Positions 11,606 through 30,931 of a DNA stretch of 64,000 nucleotides are shown here, one piece after another. A program made the translations under genes and the position numbers. The notes beneath the pieces are model-generated. The model was not told the origin of the DNA. It made no database searches and was given only the letters and a program-made list of their open reading frames with translations. Every line of letters begins with the position of its first letter. The first letter of the stretch is position 1. Source of the DNA: Macrostomum lignano (Eukaryota); contig NIVC01000591.1 in assembly GCA_002269645.1 (NCBI GenBank), positions 558,001 to 622,000 on the forward strand, given 5' to 3'.

Positions 11606-11975
11606 CTGTTTATCGTCAATTCAGTGCCACAGACAAGAGTTTATCATCAATTCAGTGCCACAGACAAGAGTTTATCATCAATTCAGTGCCACAGACAAGA
11701 GTTTATCCTCAATTCAGTGCCACAGACAAGAGTTTATCCTCAATTCAGTGCCACAGAGTTTATCATCAATTCAGTGCCACAGACAAGAGTTTATCATCAA
11801 TTCAGTGCCACAGACAAGAGTTTATCATCAATTCAGTACCACCGACAAGAGTTTATCGTCAATTCAGTGCCACCGACAAGAGTTTATCCTCAATTCAGTG
11901 CCACCGACAAGAGTTTATCGTCAATTCAGTGCCACAGACAAGAGTTTATCACCAATTCAGTGCCACAGACAAGAC
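11606..11975. repeat. 31-bp minisatellite (CAGTGCCACAGACAAGAGTTTATCATCAATT)n
   Basis: About 12 units. Confidence 0.95.
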
Positions 11976-12393
11976 TTTAGCTTCGGAACCTTCAGTTTAA
12001 GCCAGCCAAGTTATAGTTAAAACCACTCCAGGTTCTGGGCTGAAATGGCTATGGGCTAAAGAGCCTAGCCAGTGTCTATATTAGTATCTAACCCCCCCCC
12101 CCTCTATAGGCTATAGCCTTGTACGAAGTGGGCGGTTGTTTCACTCCAGTCGCTGATGAAGGAGTCTCAAACGAGCTTTTTCTGTCCATCTCTTAATAAA
12201 CCTTGAATGTTTAAGCTATATACTTAGAAATGAGGGGTTGAAACTCAGCCCAAGGTGAGAAAGGCGAGTCCTGACCAATGCTCTGAGACCTCCACCCCAG
12301 CAACCCCTGCAGCAGAGCACACAGCCAGCCCCTCTACAAGCCAGATCGGGGTGGGGGCCTGAGAGCAGAGCTATATACACTATTCTCCAGCAT

Positions 12394-12509
12394 TATAAAT
12401 ACCTTTCTAGCGAAAAGCTCCTTAAAAGGCCAGACAAAAGAAGAAAGCTCATCTAGCACGGAGAGAATTCGGAGAGTTGCAAATTCCTACAGCAACAGGC
12501 AAAGCAAAG
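12394..12509 (+). promoter_or_regulatory. TATA box and putative non-coding first exon of the Ig-like membrane protein gene
   Basis: TATAAATA at 12394-12401, CCAAT at ~12275, donor AAAG|GTGAGT at 12509/12510, acceptor CTCAG| at 13490 twelve nt before the ATG. Confidence 0.5.
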
Positions 12510-13156
12510 GTGAGTGTTGTATTTTTCACAATTTTTTTCATAATCATTGATAAATTTATCATTCTAAGACATAAATGCATTTGTAATCATAGGTATTATG
12601 TAATCATAGTGAATAAGGAGAAAGACAAATGCCTAGATTTGACCTGACCGAATCGCAGATAAGACTGAACCCCTGGCGACAGAGGCAGGGCACCTAAAAA
12701 GCAGAATTCATTGCAAAGCCGAAGGTTCCAGAAATTCACCTGGAGCCAAAAGTTAATTGGCCTCGTTAAAAGAAGCTTAACTAAAATTGCAACAACGTTC
12801 TGGAACCAGGATGACTCACCTGCAATTTGAGACTACACACCTCGAAGCAAATTAGATTAGAAAATATGAGACAAAAAGCAAAATACCGACAAAATAGTAT
12901 GTAAGGTTTCAAATTACAGCTTACAAAGTTTGAAGCATTGGCACCTGCTTGTTTTACTGCTAGTGGAGTTCCGGAGGTACAAGCTAGTGAACCAACAACC
13001 TACTCTCGTAGAAGGCTGCGACTGTGTTGGTGGTAAAGCAGAAAGACGTTTCAGAGATTTTTTTTATTACTGGTGTGTTTTTGTTCAATTTTCAGGACTA
13101 GACAAATTAATATATTCGAGCCAACATCTTTTGAGCACGATGAAGCATGATTTCAC

Positions 13157-13392
13157 AGCCAGCCTTCCAGATCCTCAGTTGCTGGGCCAGCCTCCCAGAT
13201 CCTCAGTTGCTGGGCCACAGCCTCCCAGATCCTCAGTTGCTGGGCCAGCCTTCCAGATCCTCAGTTGCTGGGCCAGCCTTTCAGATCCTCAGTTGCTGGG
13301 CCAGCCTCTCAGATCCTCAGTTGCTGGGCCAGCCTTCCAGATCCTCAGTTGCTAGGCCAGCCTCCCAGATCCTCAGTTGCTGGGCCAGCCTC
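13157..13392. repeat. 28-bp minisatellite (CAGCCTCCCAGATCCTCAGTTGCTGGGC)n
   Basis: About 8 units; reverse complement of the array at 52785-53925. Confidence 0.95.
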
Positions 13393-13502
13393 GCAGAACA
13401 TGAAGATTTGTCGCAGCGTCATCATCTCACTCTAAATCTACATGTCCTTTCTGACTAAAAATCAGCAAAATTTCTCACACACCAACTCAGGACAAGAACA
13501 GC

Positions 13503-16634
<3,132 letters not shown>

Positions 16635-17219
16635 GCTGGGCAATCAAAGATGATTCACTCTGTTGCTTCTGCGCTTTGTTATAATGCTTTTATAAATCTT
16701 CTGATTCTGCAAGATTCCAATGCAAATATAGCAAAACACTCTCATTTGATGCTAAACAACTTTTTTCAACAATGTGCCTACAGCCTACTGCCAAACCGAC
16801 TTGACAGTAGCATATGATGCAAATATAATTTAACCCGTTTTGTAGAAAATGAGCAAAATTTTTCATGTTTGCGTTTTACATGTAGCCCTACCTCCTTCAA
16901 AGTTGTCCCATGTTAACACATCTTGTTTTAAACAAAAAGTAAAAACTGACATAATAAATAAATTGAACTGACCATCTTAAAAAATTCGATATGGCATCTC
17001 TTTCGTTGCAATATTTGGAATCATAATTAATGGCTAATTTTTCTGATGACAGCGGAACTCTCGCGAGTCTCGGGTCAGTAGTTCAGCTAATTGCTGAGAG
17101 TTCGAGATCGAAATTAAGGTTGGGGTTCCTACAGACTCGCTTTCCGGTTCGTTGAGCTCGGAGACTCACGGATCGCATGAAGAGCCACTTCCGTGAGCGA
17201 ATTATCGGCTTATTTTCTG

Positions 17220-20200
17220 CTCACTCATTCTGTCTGACATCTCACCCCATTCACTCTCCCAGTCTCATCTCATTCACTCTCTCAGTATCATCCAATTCAC
17301 TCTCTAGTTCTCACCCATTCACTCTCCCAGTCTCACCCCATTCACTCTCCCAGTCTCACCCCATTCACTCTCCCAGTCTTACCCCATTCACTCTCCCAGT
17401 CTCACCCCATTCACTTTCCAAGTTTCACCCCATTCACTCTCCCAGTCTCACCCCATTCACTTTCCAAGTTTCACCCCATTCACTCTCCCAGTCTCACCCC
17501 ATCTCATCTCATCTCATTCACTCTCTCAGTCTCACCTCATCTCATCTCATCTCATTCACTCTCCCAGTCTCAACCCATCTCATCTCACCCCATTCACTCT
17601 CTCAGTCTCACCCCATTCACTCTCCCAGTCTCACCCCATTCACCTTCCTAGACTCACCCCATTCACTCTCCCAATCTTACCCCATTCACTCTCCCAGTCT
17701 CACCACAATCACTCTCCCAGTCTCACCCCATTCACTCTCCCAGTCTCACCCCATCTCATCTCACCCCATTCGCTCTCCCAGTCCCATCCCATTCACTCTC
17801 CCATTCTCACCCCATTCACTCCCCAGTCTCACCTCCTTCACTCTCCCAGTCTCACCCCATTCATTCTCCCAGTCTAACCCCATTTACTCTCCTAGTCTCA
17901 CCTCCTTCACTCCCCCAGTCTCACCCCATTCACTCTCCCAGTCTCACCTCATTCACTCCCCTAGTCTCACCCCATTCACTCTCCCAGTCTCACCCCATTC
18001 ACTCTCCCAGTCTCACCCCACTCACTCTCCCAGTCTCACCCCATTCACTCTCCCAGTCTCATCCCATTCACTCTCCCAGTCTCATCCCATTCACTCTCCC
18101 AGTCTCACCTCATCTCATCTCACCCCATTCGCTCTCCCAGTCTCCCCCCATTCACTCTCCCAGTCTCACCCCATTCACTCTCCCAGTCTCACCCCATTCA
18201 CTCTCCCAGTCTCACCCCATTCACTCTCCCAGTCTCACCCCCATTCACTCTTCCAGTCTTACCCCATTCACTCTCCCAGTCTCACCCCCATTCACTCTCC
18301 CAGTCTCACCCCCATTCACTCTCCCAGTCTTACCCCATTCACTCTCCCAGTCTCACCCCATTCACTTTCCAAGTTTCCCCCCATTCACTCTCCCAGTCTC
18401 ACCCCATTCACTCTCCCAGTCTCACCCCATTCACTCTCCCAGTCTCACCCCATTCACTCTCCCAGTCTCACCCCATTCACTCTCCCAGTCTCACCCCATC
18501 CACTCTCTCAGTCTCACCCCATTCACTCTCCCAGTCTCACCCCATTCACTCTCCCAGTCTCATCCCATTCACTCTCCCAGTCTCACCCCATTCACTCTCC
18601 CAGTCTCATCCCATTCACTCTCCCAGTCTCACCTCATCTCATCTCACCCCATTCGCTCTCTCAGTCTCACCCCATTCACCTTCCTAGACTCACCCCATTC
18701 ACTCTCCCAATCTTACCCCATTCACTCTCCCAGTCTCATCCCATTCACTCTCCCAGTCTCACCTCATCTCATCTCACCCCATTCGCTCTCTCAGTCTCAC
18801 CCCATTCACCTTCCTAGACTCACCCCATTCACTCTCCCAATCTTACCCCATTCACTCTCCCAGTCTCCCCCATTCACTCTCCAAGTTTCACCCCATTCAC
18901 TCTCCCAGTCTCACCCCATTCACTCTCCAAGTTTCACCCCATTCACTCTCCCAGTCTCACCCCATTCACTCTCCCAGTCTCACCCCATTCACTCTCCCAG
19001 TCTCACCCCATTTACTCTCCCAGTCTCACCCCATTCATTCTCCCAGTCTCACCCCAATCACTCTCCCAGTCTCACCTCATTCACTCCCCCAGTCTCACCC
19101 CATTCACTCTCCCAGTCTCACCCCATTTACTCTCCCAGTCTCACCCCATTCATTCTCCCAGTCTCACCCCATTCACTCTCCCAGTCTCACCTCATTCACT
19201 CCCCCAGTCTCATCCCATTCACTCTCCCAGTCTCACCTCATCTCATCTCACCCCATTCGCTCTCTCAGTCTCACCCCATTCACCTTCCTAGACTCACCCC
19301 ATTCACTCTCCCAGTCTCACCCCATTCATTCTCCCAGTCTCACCCCATTCACTCTCCCAGTCTCACCTCCTTCACTCCCCCAGTCTCACCCCATTCACTC
19401 TCCCAGTCTCACCCCATTCACTCTCCCAGTCTCACCCCATTCACTCTCCCAGTCTCACCCCATTCACTCTCCCAGTCTCACCCCATCCACTCTCTCAGTC
19501 TCACCCCATTCACTCTCCCAGTCTCACCCCATTCACTCTCCCAGTCTCATCCCATTCACTCTCCCAGTCTCACCCCATTCACTCTCCCAGTCTCATCCCA
19601 TTCACTCTCCCAGTCTCACCTCATCTCATCTCACCCCATTCGCTCTCTCAGTCTCACCCCATTCACCTTCCTAGACTCACCCCATTCACTCTCCCAGTCT
19701 CACCCCATTCATTCTCCCAGTCTCACCCCATTCACTTTCCAAGTTTCCCCCCATTCACTCTCCCAGTCTCACCCCATTCACTCTCCCAGTCTCACCCCAT
19801 TCACTCTCCCAGTCTCACCCCATTCACTCTCCCAGTCTCACCCCATTCACTCTCCCAGTCTCACCCCATCCACTCTCTCAGTCTCACCCCATTCACTCTC
19901 CCAGTCTCACCCCATTCACTCTCCCAGTCTCATCCCATTCACTCTCCCAGTCTCACCCCATTCACTCTCCCAGTCTCATCCCATTCACTCTCCCAGTCTC
20001 ACCTCATCTCATCTCACCCCATTCGCTCTCTCAGTCTCACCCCATTCACCTTCCTAGACTCACCCCATTCACTCTCCCAATCTTACCCCATTCACTCTCC
20101 CAGTCTCATCCCATTCACTCTCCCAGTCTCACCTCATCTCATCTCACCCCATTCGCTCTCTCAGTCTCACCCCATTCACCTTCCTAGACTCACCCCATTC

Positions 20201-21840
20201 ACTCTCCCAATCTTACCCCATTCACTCTCCCAGTCTCCCCCCATTCACTCTCCAAGTTTCACCCCATTCACTCTCCCAGTCTCACCCCATTCACTCTCCA
20301 AGTTTCACCCCATTCACTCTTCCAGTCTCACCCCATTCACTCTCCCAGTCTCACCCCATTCACTCTCCCAGTCTCACCCCATTTACTCTCCCAGTCTCAC
20401 CCCATTCATTCTCCCAGTCTCACCCCAATCACTCTCCCAGTCTCACCTCATTCACTCCCCCAGTCTCACCCCATTCACTCTCCCAGTCTCACCCCATTTA
20501 CTCTCCCAGTCTCACCCCATTCATTCTCCCAGTCTCACCCCATTCACTCTCCCAGTCTCACCTCATTCACTCCCCCAGTCTCATCCCATTCACTCTCCCA
20601 GTCTCACCTCATCTCATCTCACCCCATTCGCTCTCTCAGTCTCACCCCATTCACCTTCCTAGACTCACCCCATTCACTCTCCCAGTCTCACCCCATTCAT
20701 TCTCCCAGTCTCACCCCATTCACTCTCCCAGTCTCACCTCCTTCACTCCCCCAGTCTCACCCCATTCACTCTCCCAGTCTCACCTCATTCACTCCCCCAG
20801 TCTCACCCCATTCACTCTCCCAGTCTCACCCCATTCACTCTCTCAGTCTCACCCCATTCACTCTCCCAGTCTCACCCCATTCACTCTCCCAGTCTCATCC
20901 CATTCACTCTCCCAGTCTCACCTCATCTCATCTCACCCCATTCGCTCTCCCAGTCTCCCCCCATTCACTCTCCCAGTCTTACCCCATTCGCTCTCCCAGT
21001 CTCACCCCATTCACTCTCCCATTCTCACCCCATTCACTCTCCCAGTCTCACCCCCATTCACTCTCCCAGTCTTACCCCATTCACTCTCCCAGTCTCACCC
21101 CATTCACTCTCCAAGTTTCACCCCATTCACTCTCCCAGTCTCACCCCATTCACTCTCCCAGTCTCACCCCATTCACTCTCCCAGTCTCACCCCATTTACT
21201 CTCCCAGTCTCACCCCATTAACTCTCCCAGTCTCACCCCATTCACTCTCCCAGTCTCACCCCATTCACTCTCCAAGTTTCACCCCATTAACTCTCCCAAT
21301 CTCACCCCATTCACTCTCCCAGTCTCACCCCATTCACTCTCCCAGTCTCACCCCATTCACTTTCCAAGTTTCCCCCCATTCACTCTCCCAGTCTCACCCC
21401 ATTCACTCTCCCAGTCTCACCCCATTCACTCTCCCAGTCTCATCCCATTCACTCTCCCAGTCTCACCCCATTCACTCTCCAAGTTTCACCCCATTAACTC
21501 TCCCAATCTCACCCCATTCACTCTCCCAGTCTCACCCCATTCACTCTCCCAGTCTCACCCCATTCACTTTCCAAGTTTCCCCCCATTCACTCTCACAGTC
21601 TCACCCCATTCACTCTCCCAGTCTCACCCCATTCACTCTCCCAGTCTCATCCCATTCACTCTCCCAGTCTCACCCCATTCACTCTCCAAGTTTCACCCCA
21701 TTCGCTCTCCTAGTCTCCCCCATTCACTCTCCAAGTTTCACCCCATTCGCTCTCCCAGTCTCCCCCCATTCACTCTCCAAATTTCACCCCATTCACTTTC
21801 CAAGTTTCACCCCATTCACTCCCCAAGTTTCACCCCATTC
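17220..21840. repeat. 23-bp pyrimidine-rich minisatellite (CCCCATTCACTCTCCCAGTCTCA)n, ~4.6 kb, with higher-order block duplication
   Basis: About 200 units; variant pattern at ~18490-19330 recurs at an offset of 1370 nt. Confidence 0.97.
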
Positions 21841-22200
21841 AGTCTCATTAAAAGAGCAAGCAAGAGAATCAGTCAAAGATTAGGAATTTCATGGCCAATA
21901 AACGAGCAGCAGAAGCAGGCTAAAAGCCAAACGTAACCCGAAGCCGCTCCAAAAAGCAGATCCAGACAGCCAGGCAAACACGCAGAAGGGATTTCGGCAG
22001 CTAAAGAAATTTCCTTGGAAAACAAATTGCCCAAATGAATAATTAATGGCTTAACTTTCTCCTGAAGTCGGTCAATCCAGAACAAAATCCTCAGAGGCTG
22101 ATTGGATTTCCAATTTTGCAGCCACGACCTCAGACTAGAATTTCCATCTGCTCGAATCCCACATCGGAAGCTGGGGCATCATAAATTCGGACTTAAGGAG

Positions 22201-27556
<5,356 letters not shown>

Positions 27557-28306
27557 TTTCTGTTATTCTTTTCTGGCAGTAATTTGCGGTTCTGATTTAC
27601 TTGACAATCGTAGCTCGTAGCTTTACGAGTAAAAAAGTAAAATAGGTATATTTCTTATTTTTTTAAATATTCAAATTTTACTACTGAATGCGTCGAATCT
27701 AAGTAGTTGGTGTTTGTTTTTTTGAAAAATAGCACGTAATACGCGTAATAAAAATTCGCCAGTTTAAAAACATTAACCTGGCCGTGGATTTCTGCGATTC
27801 GTTAAATTGGCAGGTGTCAATCTCGATAAGTTTCTTATCTGACAGAATTGGGTTTTACATGAAGCCAGTGTGGAAATGTTTTAAACATCAGGCCAGCTGC
27901 AGACACTACGACTATGTACATGACCTCAAAAACATTTATACCAAAAATATGAACCAGCTGCACGACCCAGAAACTCAGACCAAATAGACCTCATATTTGG
28001 ATGAAAGAGGAGAAAGGAGAGAAGAGGAGAGGAGAGAAAACAGATGAGATGAGATAGGAGTGAGGAAAAAAAGAGACACAAACCGAGCGAGCCGGATTGC
28101 TACTGTGAAGCCTCAATTAAGGACCCGAGAGAGGCTACGCGGGAGTGTGGAGGGTGCATGGGCCCGATCCTTTTCGACCCCGTTCTATGGTCTGTATAAG
28201 TCTGAATAGTATGGTCTTTATAGATATGGTCTATGGTCTGAATGATCTGGGCTTAAGGGTCAGGGTTCTATGGTCTATGGTCTATGGTCTAGCTATGACC
28301 TCGGGG

Positions 28307-28718
28307 CAGGCGCGTCGCGAACGGGGGGGGGACAGGGGGGACATGTCCCCCCCCCAGTAAAAGCTCTGGGGGGGGGACATGCCAATGCTTTGTCCCCCGA
28401 CCCCACCTTGTGGTAATCAGTAATTTTTCTTCAGGGCGCCAAATTATAGTGCCTTCGGCGCCAAAATGAATGTCTGCGGTGCTAAAATGAGTGCCTGCGG
28501 TGCTAAAATGAGTGCCTGCGGTGCTAAAATGAGTGCCTGCGGTGCTAAAATGAGTGCCTGCGGTGCTAAAATGAGTGCCTGCGGTGCTAAAATGAGTGCC
28601 TGCGGTGCTAAAATGAGTGTCTTCGGCGCTAAAATGAGTACCAAAATTTAGTCATGTACATGTACATGTTGAATTCTTGGCTTTGTCCCCCACCATTAAA
28701 TCCATGGCGACGCCCCTG
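28307..28718. mobile_element. hAT-type MITE family A, copy 1, with expanded internal 21-bp array
   Basis: Imperfect TIRs CAGGCGCGTCGCGA / TGGCGACGCCCCTG; flanks CCTCGGGG and CCTCGGGT (7/8 TSD); inserted in a (TCTATGG)n tract. Confidence 0.8.
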
Positions 28719-30073
28719 CCTCGGGTCTATGGTCTATGGTCTATGGTCTCTGGTCTCGGGTCTATGTGATCTATGGTCTATTGTCTGTGGTCTATTTATG
28801 GTTCATGATCTATGGTCTGTAGTCCATGGTTGTCTATAGTAGTCGGATTGCTTAATCTACATTTACTAAATCTCTAATATTTGTATGCTTGTCCAAAATG
28901 CTCTAGAGATTGCAATTCTTCATAAAATACTAAAAGGTGTGATCAATGATAAGACTTGGTCAATTCAAAAGTTACACTCGTATTGTAACACTCTTGTTGT
29001 TTTTTAAACATCCCTCATGACCACGCCTTATGCAAAATGCATTGTACATATACAGTATTAACCCTGTGGCTGTGCCGCCAATGCAATATGACCCTTTACG
29101 ACTACTGTAAGACGCAAAAGTAGCAGTATGAGATGATTTCGTTCCTTTAATTCTCTGCTTTCTTATCTTTCGATCGTTTTTAGATCCGCCAATCTCAAGT
29201 GCTTGCGCTTTTTCCCCCTATAACTTGTAAGAAAATCCCTCATACACGTTTTAATGATTATAATGAATGACAATTTATGTGGACAACAGCTGTAACATAT
29301 TTGTGACCCGCTCCCGAGGCAAAGATAAGATCTTTTTTGGTTGCATGGGTTCAGATAAGTAGTAAAGTCAGTCAATCAGAAAATGCAGCATGCATTTCAA
29401 AAAAATCGGTTCAGCCAATCAAAATCAACGTGACCGGTTATATAAAAAATTATAGCAGTTGTTAGCTAACTTCAACTGCAGATTTGAAAGCCGCAAAATC
29501 TGATCGAAGTTTTTGTGAATTCTTTGTTTCTGTGTCGGTATTTGATCAATGGCAATATACTGCATGTACATGTACATGTACACTGTAATAGAATCTCTGC
29601 AGCTAGGGTACTCATGCATGAATGTATTACATATACAGTACATATAGTCTTCGAAACGATTCGAAACATATGTACGTGTCGAATCGATCATTCCCAATAC
29701 ACGAGGTTCAAGGTCAAAAACATGGCATGCAGGCATATCACGCGTACAGACCAAACACATAAAAATTTTAAGTCCGCTCTATTTATCAATTAGCGCATGC
29801 ATTCTGTTAGTCTAATGTGCACTTACGGTTTGGGGCATCAGCAGGCCGCAGGCGGCGAGGAATATACAACAATGGCGAAACCCGACCGGATACAACGACA
29901 CATGCAGTACGCTGGCTGAACGTCAGCGTAATGTAAAACTACATATCTTTCAGCGACGTCGATGGATGTCGGGAACGTCGGCCGACGTCGCTGATAACAG
30001 ATCATTGCGTAATACGGGATACATATGATGTATAAATTTGTATATGTATTACTGTACGTGTACTAACACGTAC

Positions 30074-30370
30074 CAGGGACGTCGCCATGGATTTTATGGT
30101 GGGTCAAAGCCAAGAATTAAACATGTACATGACTAAATTTTGGCACTCATTTTTGCGCCGCAAGCACTCATTTTAGCGTCGCAGGCACTCATTTTAGCGC
30201 CGCAGTCACGCATTTTTGCACCGAAGGCGCTATATTTTGGCGCCCTGAAGAAAAAGTATTGATTACCACAACAATTCACAAGGTGGGGTGGGGGCCGGAC
30301 AAAGCATTGGCATGTCCCCCAGAGCTTTTACTGGTGGGACATATCCCGGCCCCCGGTGGCGACGCGCCTG
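30074..30370. mobile_element. hAT-type MITE family A, copy 2 (inverted relative to copy 1)
   Basis: Ends CAGGGACGTCGCC...GGCGACGCGCCTG; perfect 8-bp TSD ACACGTAC (30066-30073 and 30371-30378); colinear with the reverse complement of 28307-28718. Confidence 0.88.
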
Positions 30371-30813
30371 ACACGTACGTTACAGTGTACATATTGACCC
30401 GGCGAAGCAAGAGGAAGATAAAGCTTAGCCAAAAAAACCCACGGCACCAGAAGTCCTCGACGTTATATGTCCTTGCGTACGAGTATTATCCGCTATGTCT
30501 TTGAAATTGACGACAAAAAGTTACTACTTTGGAGACCTTTCCATTTTTAGCATAAAATCAGCAAGTATTGCTCATCGGGACTTTTTGGCACAGTAAGCCT
30601 CATCAAAAATATTTTTCCATAATTTACTACAACGGAACTATCTGCTTACTGTTATTTTGCTAAATACAATTGATAAAACAAATCTTTAAGTTGCCAATCT
30701 AAATAAAATAGTTTTTTTTCAAATAAACAGTGTAAGGCAGGTCTTTAAACTTTATTTTTACTCAATGTGAATAAATTAATCGTTTTAATAGAAATTTCGA
30801 TTAAATTTGAATG

Positions 30814-30824
30814 CTTTTCTTCTT
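30814..30824 (+). promoter_or_regulatory. Candidate 5'-TOP/TCT-type start of RPL23A
   Basis: CTTTTCTTCTT about 118 nt upstream of the ATG; typical of ribosomal protein genes, TSS not verifiable here. Confidence 0.35.
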
Positions 30825-30931
30825 GCTGTTCCCGTCAAACGTACAGTGGTTACAGCACGACAAATCGCCACGCCAGACTGCTCACCGCTTAGTAGCTTAA
30901 TTACGCTAGAACTAGCTTAAAAAATACTCGA

